A stretch of DNA of 30,720 bases from an uncultured Chloroflexota bacterium. GTDB lineage: Bacteria; Chloroflexota; Anaerolineae; Promineifilales; Promineifilaceae. The position numbers and the translations under genes were made by a program. The stretch covers positions 1 through 30,720 of the forward strand of contig CALFEW010000728.1 of assembly GCA_937958365.1 (NCBI GenBank), given 5' to 3'. Positions within the stretch are counted from its first letter, which is position 1, and each line of letters starts with the position of its first letter. This document shows positions 19,243 to 27,524 of the stretch, one piece after another. The notes under the pieces are model-generated. The model saw nothing but the letters and a program-made list of their open reading frames with translations. It did no database searches and was not told the DNA's origin.

Positions 19243-19272
19243 ACAGACCTTTCCTTAGCACTGGTTTGTAGC

Positions 19273-19301
19273 ACTATAGTGTGTCGGTCTGCAATCGTCA
19301 A
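19273..19301 (-). promoter_or_regulatory. Sigma70-type promoter TTGACG-N17-TATAGT for the secreted YLP protein
   Basis: Minus-strand -35 TTGACG (19301-19296), exactly 17 nt, -10 TATAGT (19278-19273), then a short leader with AAGGAAAGG and ATG 19242. Confidence 0.7.
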
Positions 19302-19341
19302 TCTAAAGTCACCCCAAAGTAGCGTAACAATTAAGAAATCC

Positions 19342-20148
19342 TCATGCTGGCAAAGCCACAAAGTTCTCTACGCTCCAGTTACCGCGAGCATATGAATCCG
19401 GTAACATTTCAATTTTGTAGCCCAATTCCGCCAAAAAGGTGATACAAAGCTCCTTTTTGCGCTGAAATTCGGCCGGTTCACCATCATCTATTTCAATTAT
19501 TAAGGTAGGCTTGTACGTTTGAATAGTGTGCGTCATCCCCCTTAAGACATTTATTTCGGCCCCTTCCACATCTATCTTCACAAAGGAAGGTGGCGCGCCA
19601 CGCTGTTGGCCGACAAAATCATCCAGCGTAATGAGGCTGATCGATATCGTGCCTTTGTAATCAGGCGGTGGCGCAGCCACGGATAGAGACGCCCCGCCGG
19701 AATGATGGGCCAATTGCAGTTCGCCTGTGCCGTTGGTGTCGGACACGGCCGTTTCCCACACCGTCACCTGCTTCATCCCATTCAAATCACAATTGTGCTG
19801 CACCGCAGCCGCATTCTCCGGAACCGGCTCAAAGGCATGAACCTGCCCCGCCGGCCCGACCAGACGCGCCCCAATCACCGTGAAGAAACCCACGTTGGCC
19901 CCCACGTCATAAAATACGCCGCCCTCATGCAAATAGCGCCCAAACGCTTCCTGCACCGGTATTTCGTTCAGGCCCAGCCCATATTCCGGGTTGGAATTGG
20001 CGGAATTGAAGCGCAGCCCTGTCCCAATGCCTTCGGCAATCGTCACGTCGCGGTTGCGCACCCACAACCGCTGCAAACGCCGCGCCGTCTGGTTAGACCG
20101 GATACGGTTGATGAATCCATCTTGTTCCTTGCCATTTATAGAACTCAT
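19342..20148 (-). CDS. FkbM-family SAM-dependent methyltransferase
   Basis: FYDVGANVGFFT, VHAFEPVPEN, FVKIDVEGAEINVLRG. Start at ATG 20148 (MSSING) with AAGGAG RBS, 1 nt after the upstream stop. Confidence 0.95.
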   Translation of the reverse strand: MSSINGKEQDGFINRIRSNQTARRLQRLWVRNRDVTIAEGIGTGLRFNSANSNPEYGLGLNEIPVQEAFGRYLHEGGVFYDVGANVGFFTVIGARLVGPAGQVHAFEPVPENAAAVQHNCDLNGMKQVTVWETAVSDTNGTGELQLAHHSGGASLSVAAPPPDYKGTISISLITLDDFVGQQRGAPPSFVKIDVEGAEINVLRGMTHTIQTYKPTLIIEIDDGEPAEFQRKKELCITFLAELGYKIEMLPDSYARGNWSVENFVALPA

Positions 20149-20149
20149 T

Positions 20150-22270
20150 TTATTGCTCCTTACGCCGCCCGGTAAACTGCCGGAACACCGTGCCGGTGTC
20201 ATTGCCCCATTCCCAGTTGGCTAAAATGCCCACCCGTCGAATCGTCAGGCGGTTAAATTGTGGATAGACGTCCGTCAGGGCGCGATACAACACCGGTTCG
20301 TCGTTGACATAAGCCATGTAATGCACGCCATCAAACGCCACGCGCAGGCGATACGGCCGTCCCCAATGAATGCGCCCGCCCACATTGCTCCACACAGCGT
20401 CAAAAATTTCCTCAAAACCATTGATATAAAAGAAGGACGAAATCGAAGCGCCCTGGTAAGAATCATCCAGCCAGGTATTCACCAATAGCTGATTGTGTTC
20501 ATCCTGCCAGAAGACAAACCCGCCACGGCCGTGTTGCCAATCACCGCGCACAGAACCGGGGGGCGTCACTTCCACCTCCAGTTCGGCAAACGCGGGATCA
20601 TCCCAGGGAATGGTGTAAAACGTGCGGCCAGGATTGGGACTGGTAGGGCCGCCAACCACGCCGGCCGCTTCATCTCCGCGCAGGGTGATGGTTCCCCGGC
20701 CAAAATCTTTCTGCCACACTTTGCCGCCCACGCTGGTTTTGTGGCCGGCCAGATCGGCCGCTTCCCCGGCAAAAGTGTCGGCAACGGCCGTTACCCTTTT
20801 CGCCGGCTGCCAGGACGAGGCAAACGCAAATTCGGCCGGAACCGCAACCGCTCGTGGATGGGCCTCTAAATCACGCAGCGCCACATCATCACCCGCCGCC
20901 CCGCAGAAACCGACGCCGCCCGCGTTTTGCAGTCTGGCGTCTGTGAACCAGTCGTTAAAGAGGAAACGGCCGTTCACCGCCACCGAAAAACGCTCGCCAT
21001 CATCCACAATCTGCACCGAATTGGCCGCATCCGCCAGCCAACCATGCGCCGCATCCACGCCCATTTCCGCCACGACGCCGTCTAGCCGCAACAGCAGACG
21101 GCAGCGGTCTTGCCGCATTGCCAGGCTCCAATAATTGGCCTCATCCTGAAAACGCCAGACCAACTGCGCCTCGGCGTCTGGCGCAGCCAACGTCACCAAA
21201 GCATGAACCAGGCCGGCCGGTTCACCGGCGTCTAAAATCGCCAGACTGTCGTTTTCCAAAGCGCGCGCGCCTACGGCCGTGCGCGCAAAATCGCCCTGAT
21301 AGACGCGCCACACGCCGCCCTGTTCTGCCGGAGAATCGGTCAGACGGCCGTTCCCCACCAATCGGTCGGCCAGGTGCGCTGTGCCGTACCAGCTATCCAG
21401 AGTGGCGATTTTTTGCACGGCCGTGCCATACACCCGCGAATCTACGCGAAAACCAATCTGCCCCAACACGCTCTGATGCACACCGGCATACACCTCCGGC
21501 GCATCCTCAAAGGCATCAATCGCCAACGGCCGCATCCGCGGAAAAGCCGCCAGCCCATGCGCCCCCGGCAGCGACGCCGCATAATACGCCGCTCCTTTCT
21601 CGCGCAAAATCACCACAAAATAAATCGGGATGTTTTGCAGGCCGCGCAAAACGGGCAGCGTCCCGCCCGTCGCCCGCACCCACAGTTCGCCGTTTTCTGC
21701 CCCGGTGGCATGAACGATCAACGAATTGCCTTGCGTGACGGGATCGGTCGGATTTTCTGCAGGGAACCAGCCCACCGCCAGATTTTCGTCCAGCAGACCG
21801 CTCTCGACGCGCCGATAATGCCGGTTTAGCCAGAACCAGCGCCGCCACTGCCGCACAAAATGCTTCTTATTGCCGCCCCGGGTCCAGGCGATGAGGCGCT
21901 GCGGGATGGTTTGGGTTTCGCCGCCCAACAGCCAACGCTGCAAACGCCCCGGAATGCTCTGCCCCAGATCGCCGACCTGCGACGTGTTGTGCCCGTTTAA
22001 CATATGCACGCCAAACGCCAGCCCGTTTTCGCGCCGATAGGGGCCATAGGCCAGACCAGAACGCCCCCAACCCGGCTGCCGCAGCGGCTGGATGCGCAGC
22101 GCTCCGCCATCCGTGCTGATGACGCGCTCGACGTCCATGCCGCCCCGGCGCACGCCGGCTGCATTTCGGCTGCCGATCACCTCCCCGGCGCTTAAGGTTT
22201 GCACAAAGGAATCAGTAAAATAAAGGTTGGATACGGTGGTCTTTTCAGACTTGGCAATATGCATAGTCAC
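20150..22270 (-). CDS. 706-aa protein of unknown function, no signal peptide, probably three tandem beta-sandwich modules
   Basis: Long ORF tightly coupled to both neighbours. Recurring module starts YFTDSF / HLADRL..GRL.......GGVW / VADTF....DL.......GGKVW. Start is GTG 22270 or ATG 22264. Confidence 0.85.
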   Translation of the reverse strand: MTMHIAKSEKTTVSNLYFTDSFVQTLSAGEVIGSRNAAGVRRGGMDVERVISTDGGALRIQPLRQPGWGRSGLAYGPYRRENGLAFGVHMLNGHNTSQVGDLGQSIPGRLQRWLLGGETQTIPQRLIAWTRGGNKKHFVRQWRRWFWLNRHYRRVESGLLDENLAVGWFPAENPTDPVTQGNSLIVHATGAENGELWVRATGGTLPVLRGLQNIPIYFVVILREKGAAYYAASLPGAHGLAAFPRMRPLAIDAFEDAPEVYAGVHQSVLGQIGFRVDSRVYGTAVQKIATLDSWYGTAHLADRLVGNGRLTDSPAEQGGVWRVYQGDFARTAVGARALENDSLAILDAGEPAGLVHALVTLAAPDAEAQLVWRFQDEANYWSLAMRQDRCRLLLRLDGVVAEMGVDAAHGWLADAANSVQIVDDGERFSVAVNGRFLFNDWFTDARLQNAGGVGFCGAAGDDVALRDLEAHPRAVAVPAEFAFASSWQPAKRVTAVADTFAGEAADLAGHKTSVGGKVWQKDFGRGTITLRGDEAAGVVGGPTSPNPGRTFYTIPWDDPAFAELEVEVTPPGSVRGDWQHGRGGFVFWQDEHNQLLVNTWLDDSYQGASISSFFYINGFEEIFDAVWSNVGGRIHWGRPYRLRVAFDGVHYMAYVNDEPVLYRALTDVYPQFNRLTIRRVGILANWEWGNDTGTVFRQFTGRRKEQ

Positions 22271-22278
22271 CTTGATGG

Positions 22279-25200
22279 TCAGTTTCTACGGCGCAGGACA
22301 AAAAAGCCGCCCAGAACCAAAATAGCCATGACGCTCACGCCAACAGCCAGGATGCCCGGCGAGAATACGGCCGTTTCCGGTTCCGGCAATAGCGCAGTCG
22401 CCGTAGATTCCGGCTGCGGGCTGGCCGCGCTGGATACGGCATCCGGTACGGCCGTTGCCACAACGTCCGTTGTCGCAACTTCGGTCGGCGGAAGTGTGGT
22501 TGGTTCCGGCTGCGCGATGGGCGCGTCTGGCCCCGCCTGGAACTGTTCGGCGACCTCGGCGGCGGTTAGCGCCCGGCCATACAGCGCCAGCCGGTGATAT
22601 TCACCCAACCAGGGACGGTCCAACGAAAACTCGTTGCCCAGCGCCAGGCGATAGCTGGCGTCCCAACCGGCCAGGTCGCCGCCAATTTGTCCGGCGGCGG
22701 CCACTTCGCCGTTCTGATAAAGCGTCGCCTGCCCGCTGGCGTCGCGGGTATACACCAGATGCACCAGGTCGGTCGTCACTACGTTGTCGGCTGTGATCAG
22801 CGACGGCACGCCATTCTCCGACGTGGCGCTGCTGCGCAGGCGCACGTCGTACGCGCCAAACTCTTGCCCCAACGTCAGGTTGCGGTAAAACGGGTCAAAC
22901 GACAGGCTGACGATGCGCGCCGGGCCATCCTGGTCTACGCTGGCCGGTTTTAACCAGACTGCCAGCGTCAGTTCGTTGTTGGCAGGGATGGCGCTGTTGA
23001 GTTTGGCGGCGGCCTGTTCCGTCGCCAGAATGGTGGGCGCTTGCAGCAGCAGCCCACCGTCCGGCAGCCAGGTAACGGCCGTTTCCTCGCCAATCAACAA
23101 ATCCAACGGCTCGCCCACGCCAGACACGTCGCGCACCACATTGCCCGCGCCTTCGGCAAACGTGTACAGCGCCAGCGGCCCCTGGATGGCGGCAGAGTCG
23201 GCCAGCGCTTCGGGCGGCACGGCCGTTTCTGCGGCTTCCGGCTGCATTACCTCTGGCGTCGCGGCGCTGTCCGATGTGGTCGTCAAGCGGTTTAACTCGT
23301 CGTTGCGCCACAGGTGGACAAACTGCGACTCGTCATAAGCGATGCTGACGATGTCCAGGTCGCCGTCGCCGTCCAGGTCTACCGTTTGCCCGCCCAGGTG
23401 GCTCTCTTGGCCTTCGTCAACCAGCTTCTCGGTGAAGTTGCCCTGGCCGTCGTTGATCCACACGGCCGTTGCCTTGCGGCCGCGATGTTCGGCCAACACC
23501 AGGTCTATGTCGCCGTCGCCGTCCATGTCGGCGGCGTCCAGGCTGTTGGTGGTGGCCTGGCTGACGATGAGGCTGCGCGGCCAATCGCCGCTGGTCGGAT
23601 CGGCCGGCTGCGCCCACCAGAAGGTCTGGGCGTCGCTGGCCTCACCGTTTTCTTCGGTGACGATGATGTCGAGACGGCCGTCGCCGTTCAAATCGGCCAA
23701 TTCGGTGCGGTCCGGGTAGAGCGCTTCGTCAAACGTCCCAATCGGGAAAGCGGCCCAATCATCGGAACCGTCGCCGGGGTTGCGATACCATTCCACCCGC
23801 TTGGAATCGCCGGTGGTCGCGGCAACGTCCAGGTAGCCGTCGCCGTCTACGTCGCCAAAGGCGAAACCTTCGTCGGACGGATTGGCGCTGACGTGAACAC
23901 GCGGCCAATCACCGGCGGACGGATCGGCCGGCAGCGTGAAGTAATAGATGCCGTTGCCGCTGGAAATGGCGACAACCGGCGGCGAATCGGCGGACAAAAC
24001 GGCCGTGCGATACCCCTGCGCGCCCAGTTCATGGCTGGCCGCCGGCACGTCGCCCACACGAACGGCCGTCCAGTCCGTCGCGGCGGCGTCTGTGGCTTCC
24101 AGCCAGTAGACGACCAGGTCGCCTTCGCTCTTTTGCGCCAGCACGTCGGCCAGGTCGTCGCCATCTACGTTCAGGGTGAGGAAGGCGTGCATGTCGGCGG
24201 GAAATTCGCGGCGCGGCCAGTCGCCCAACAAATCGCCGCCGGGATTGGCATACCAGTAGCGCCCGGAGAGGATGTCTATACGGCCGTCGCCATCCAGATC
24301 ACCAAAGCCCAGGCCAAAGGTTTGCGCGTGTTGGTCAGTGATTTGCTTGTAGGTCCAGCGATCCAGCGCCCCGGCCGCATCCAGTCGGTTTTCCCACAAT
24401 CTAACCGGGGGATTGCCGGTCCAGTTGGCCCCATAAATGTCATAATCGCCATCATTGCCGATGTCGGCGACGACGCCGTTGTGCAGGCCACCCGTACCGA
24501 CCACCTGTTTTTCCCAGGAGGTTGCCTGCCCGTCCACGTTGAACAGGATCATGATTTCTTGCGCGGCGGAGGTGTGCATCTGGCCCAGCACCACGTCCAG
24601 ATCGCCGTCCAGGTCCATGTCGGCGGCTTGCAGAGTGTGGGCTTTTTCCAGGCCGGGCAGGATGGTGTGGCGCGTCCACGCGCCGGTGGGATCGCCATTG
24701 TCGGCCGACCACCAGTCTACGTCGGCGGTGTTTTCGGAGCTGGAGAAGAGGATGTCCATACGGCCGTCCTGGTCCAAATCCACCACCAGCGCTTTGAAGT
24801 CGGAATCGGCCGCGCCGATGTCGTAGGGGGTCCAGTTGGCGGCGATGCGGGCCGCTGCGCCGCCAGGATTATGCGCCCATTGGCCGCGCAGGACCAGATC
24901 AACGTGGCCGTCACCGTCCACGTCACCGCTGGTCATGCCCTCGTTGCCGGTGTTCAGGCCGCTCAAATCCACCTGGCTCCAGGTATTAACGGCCGTCTGG
25001 AAAAAAATCATGACAGCATCCTGGCGGCGGGTAGCCACGTCCAGGAAACCGTCATCGTCGAAATCGGCCACGTGTACATCTTTGCCCCAACTGCCGATGG
25101 TTCCGATGGTGTGGCGGGTCCAGGTTTCGCCGCTGAAGGGATCGCCGGACGGCCGTGGGTTTTCAAACCAGACAAGGTTGTCCGGGCCGTCGCCATCGGG

Positions 25201-25617
25201 CACAACGATGTCCAGATCGCCATCGCCATCTACGTCGCCTAAACGGCCGTCGGTGGTGAATTCGTTGTTGGGCGTGGCGATGACGGTTTTTTGCCAGGTG
25301 GGGTAATGGTACCAGTTCAGTTTTTCGTCGGTGATGCCGCCGAGGATCAGGTCGGGGAAACCATCGCCGTCTATGTCGCCGACCAGTTTCACGTCGCCGC
25401 CCACGTCGCCGTCAATTTCTACCAGGTCGAAGGGGATGTCGGCTAATTGGAGGGCCGGATTGCTTTGGGGCGGGCTGGCGAAGGCTACGGCCGTGCCCAC
25501 CGCCATGTTGACGCGCCGCTTGATGCCATCAATAGACGGCCGTCGCCAGGCAATATACGCGCTGCCCAGCAGCAGCATGGCGATGATCAGATAAACTGCT
25601 AAACGTCTCGTTTTCAT
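22279..25617 (-). CDS. Large surface protein: FG-GAP/VCBS repeats (two probable 7-blade propellers), LamG/ConA-like domain, Pro/Thr linker, C-terminal TM plus basic tail
   Basis: 13 DxDxDGxxD-type motifs plus one degenerate unit. LamG-like LALYTF.EG.G..V.D.SG...W.HLVYT.....TLY.NG...L.LGN....W.G....LALY.RAL...EV. Ends GILAVGVSVMAILVLGGFFVL-RRRN. Start ATG 25617 with AAGGAAG RBS. Confidence 0.9.
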   Translation of the reverse strand: MKTRRLAVYLIIAMLLLGSAYIAWRRPSIDGIKRRVNMAVGTAVAFASPPQSNPALQLADIPFDLVEIDGDVGGDVKLVGDIDGDGFPDLILGGITDEKLNWYHYPTWQKTVIATPNNEFTTDGRLGDVDGDGDLDIVVPDGDGPDNLVWFENPRPSGDPFSGETWTRHTIGTIGSWGKDVHVADFDDDGFLDVATRRQDAVMIFFQTAVNTWSQVDLSGLNTGNEGMTSGDVDGDGHVDLVLRGQWAHNPGGAAARIAANWTPYDIGAADSDFKALVVDLDQDGRMDILFSSSENTADVDWWSADNGDPTGAWTRHTILPGLEKAHTLQAADMDLDGDLDVVLGQMHTSAAQEIMILFNVDGQATSWEKQVVGTGGLHNGVVADIGNDGDYDIYGANWTGNPPVRLWENRLDAAGALDRWTYKQITDQHAQTFGLGFGDLDGDGRIDILSGRYWYANPGGDLLGDWPRREFPADMHAFLTLNVDGDDLADVLAQKSEGDLVVYWLEATDAAATDWTAVRVGDVPAASHELGAQGYRTAVLSADSPPVVAISSGNGIYYFTLPADPSAGDWPRVHVSANPSDEGFAFGDVDGDGYLDVAATTGDSKRVEWYRNPGDGSDDWAAFPIGTFDEALYPDRTELADLNGDGRLDIIVTEENGEASDAQTFWWAQPADPTSGDWPRSLIVSQATTNSLDAADMDGDGDIDLVLAEHRGRKATAVWINDGQGNFTEKLVDEGQESHLGGQTVDLDGDGDLDIVSIAYDESQFVHLWRNDELNRLTTTSDSAATPEVMQPEAAETAVPPEALADSAAIQGPLALYTFAEGAGNVVRDVSGVGEPLDLLIGEETAVTWLPDGGLLLQAPTILATEQAAAKLNSAIPANNELTLAVWLKPASVDQDGPARIVSLSFDPFYRNLTLGQEFGAYDVRLRSSATSENGVPSLITADNVVTTDLVHLVYTRDASGQATLYQNGEVAAAGQIGGDLAGWDASYRLALGNEFSLDRPWLGEYHRLALYGRALTAAEVAEQFQAGPDAPIAQPEPTTLPPTEVATTDVVATAVPDAVSSAASPQPESTATALLPEPETAVFSPGILAVGVSVMAILVLGGFFVLRRRN

Positions 25618-25653
25618 TGGGTACGCTTCCTTCCCTTGGGTCAAGGGACAGCG

Positions 25654-26514
25654 TCAAATTGCTGCGTCTCCGGGTGTTGGCGGCGTTGGCCCGTTTCCTG
25701 AGAATGGGTAGTGATGAAAGAGTTCTTTTCCCCGAAAAAAGCATTCCAGCCATTCCCCATCAGACACGTCGGCGAGGGTTAACCAATGGGCGTCTGGCAG
25801 AAGCCTGGACATTTGGGTTTTATGTTCCGCCAGGGCAGCACGCTTCTGGTCCACCGAATCACTTATGTTAACTGAATAGCGAAAATCAGCCAACAACCGC
25901 AGGCCAGAGCGCATGGTCAGGGTGTTTTTGAGGATGGCGCGCCGGTCGCCCAGGGCGTTTTGGCCCAGGCCGACCCAGGGCCAATGATACCAGGCCCAGA
26001 CCGGATATTCGTAGATGGCGGCTGGGTGGCCGACCTGTTGCAGGGCGGCGAGGACGGCGTGGGTGGTGCTGTAGTGGTCGGGTGGCGGTTCGTGGCGATA
26101 GGGGATAAACACCTGTTCTGGCCGGAGATCGGTCAGCAATTTGACGATTGGGGGGACGGCCGTTTCTTTTTGTTCAGTGACACGGCCGTCTGTCAGGTCT
26201 AAAAAGGTTACGTCTTCAGCCGCCACGCCCAGCGTGCGGCAGGCCGCCAGCGCCTCGTCGGCCCGGCGGGCGATGAGGTCAGCTTCGGGAATCAGGCCGG
26301 CGTGAGAGCGACGGCCGTCGGTCATAAACACAACGGAAACGTGCGCATTCCTGGCGCGTTTGCCGATGATCGTACCGCCGCAGCCCAACGTCTCGTCGTC
26401 CTGGTGCGGCGCAAAAACTACAGCTTTTTGCGGCCAAAATGCTTCGTCCGGTTGTTGGGCGCGCGCTTCTAGCGAACGCCAAAGAAGCCGTTGTATGCTG
26501 GATTGGATAGACAT
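25654..26514 (-). CDS. PIG-L/LmbE-family Zn-dependent deacetylase
   Basis: VFAPHQDDETLGCGG, VVFMTDG..SH, RADEA..AC..LG, PPDH, K..AL..H.TQ. Confidence 0.94.
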   Translation of the reverse strand: MSIQSSIQRLLWRSLEARAQQPDEAFWPQKAVVFAPHQDDETLGCGGTIIGKRARNAHVSVVFMTDGRRSHAGLIPEADLIARRADEALAACRTLGVAAEDVTFLDLTDGRVTEQKETAVPPIVKLLTDLRPEQVFIPYRHEPPPDHYSTTHAVLAALQQVGHPAAIYEYPVWAWYHWPWVGLGQNALGDRRAILKNTLTMRSGLRLLADFRYSVNISDSVDQKRAALAEHKTQMSRLLPDAHWLTLADVSDGEWLECFFRGKELFHHYPFSGNGPTPPTPGDAAI

Positions 26515-26566
26515 TTTAAAACCACCCTGGGTTTAGACTGGTTCACGGCCGTGTGATAATCTGGTT

Positions 26567-27490
26567 TTACTTCTGCGGATCAGATGGCTCCTGACGTGAA
26601 CCGAGACCGGTGCGAACACCGACGAGCAGATCGCTGCCCAGGCTGCGCAGCTTATCAAGCGACAAGACATTCTTGCTGAGAAAGCCAACCACCCGCAGCC
26701 GGTCTGTCATAGAAATTGGGGCGCGGCGCGCCATCTGAAGGTAATCCGAATAGCGCCGCCAGCGTGGCAGAACCAGCCGGTTTTTATTGCGCGTATCAAA
26801 CCAGACGGCCAGGTCCTTTTCTTCGTTATACACTTCGGTAGATATTTGTGGGTGAACCCGGCGATAGAGCAAAAAGTCCGGCAGTTCGTGAAACTCGCCG
26901 TACAAGGTTAATTCCGCCAGAAGGTTGCGATCCGAGCGAGGATAATTGGCGATGAGCGGCGTCCTGGCAAGAACCGACGAGCGCATGAGGCCAAAGATGG
27001 GGTTACACCAACCCGGCGTATTCACCAGCTTGTGAAATCGCTCGTAGGGCTTGGGCGAGCGTAGGTGTAAATCGTCTGAGTAATATTCCAGCACGCCGCC
27101 ATGTTCATCAATCAGGACGGTCTGGGAATAACAGATGACGACGTTGGGTTCGTTGTCCAAAATTTCCACGCTGCGCGCCAAAAATTCGGGGGCGCAGCGG
27201 TCGTCGTGGGCGATCCACTTAAAATAGCTGCCGCTGGCTGCGTGAAAGGTCTGGTTGTAATTGGGGGCAGCCCCCAGGTTTTGCGGGTTGCGAATGTAGG
27301 TGATACGGCCGTCTTTGGCCGCATAGGCGCGACAAATCGCTTCCGTTCCATCCGTCGAAGCGTTATCCGAGATGATCAGCTCGAAATTTTCATACGTCTG
27401 AGCCAGAACAGACTCGATAGCCTCCGCCAGATAGTTTTCGCCGTTATACACGGGCAAGCCAATGCTCACTTTGGCCTTAGATTGGGTCAT
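26567..27490 (-). CDS. GT2 glycosyltransferase
   Basis: VSIGLPVYNGENYL.EAIESVL.QT..NFELIISDNASTDGT, NLGAAPNYN, WIAHDD. Start ATG 27490 with GGGAGG RBS. Confidence 0.95.
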   Translation of the reverse strand: MTQSKAKVSIGLPVYNGENYLAEAIESVLAQTYENFELIISDNASTDGTEAICRAYAAKDGRITYIRNPQNLGAAPNYNQTFHAASGSYFKWIAHDDRCAPEFLARSVEILDNEPNVVICYSQTVLIDEHGGVLEYYSDDLHLRSPKPYERFHKLVNTPGWCNPIFGLMRSSVLARTPLIANYPRSDRNLLAELTLYGEFHELPDFLLYRRVHPQISTEVYNEEKDLAVWFDTRNKNRLVLPRWRRYSDYLQMARRAPISMTDRLRVVGFLSKNVLSLDKLRSLGSDLLVGVRTGLGSRQEPSDPQK

Positions 27491-27524
27491 GCGACCTCCC
27501 AATGTCTCCACGTGTCATAGACCC

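Noticed and set aside
23314-25242. 642-aa plus-strand ORF and other long ORFs antisense to the FG-GAP gene
   Set aside because: Shadow frames of a GC-rich, repetitive gene, with no recognisable motifs or RBS. The minus-strand gene explains the sequence.
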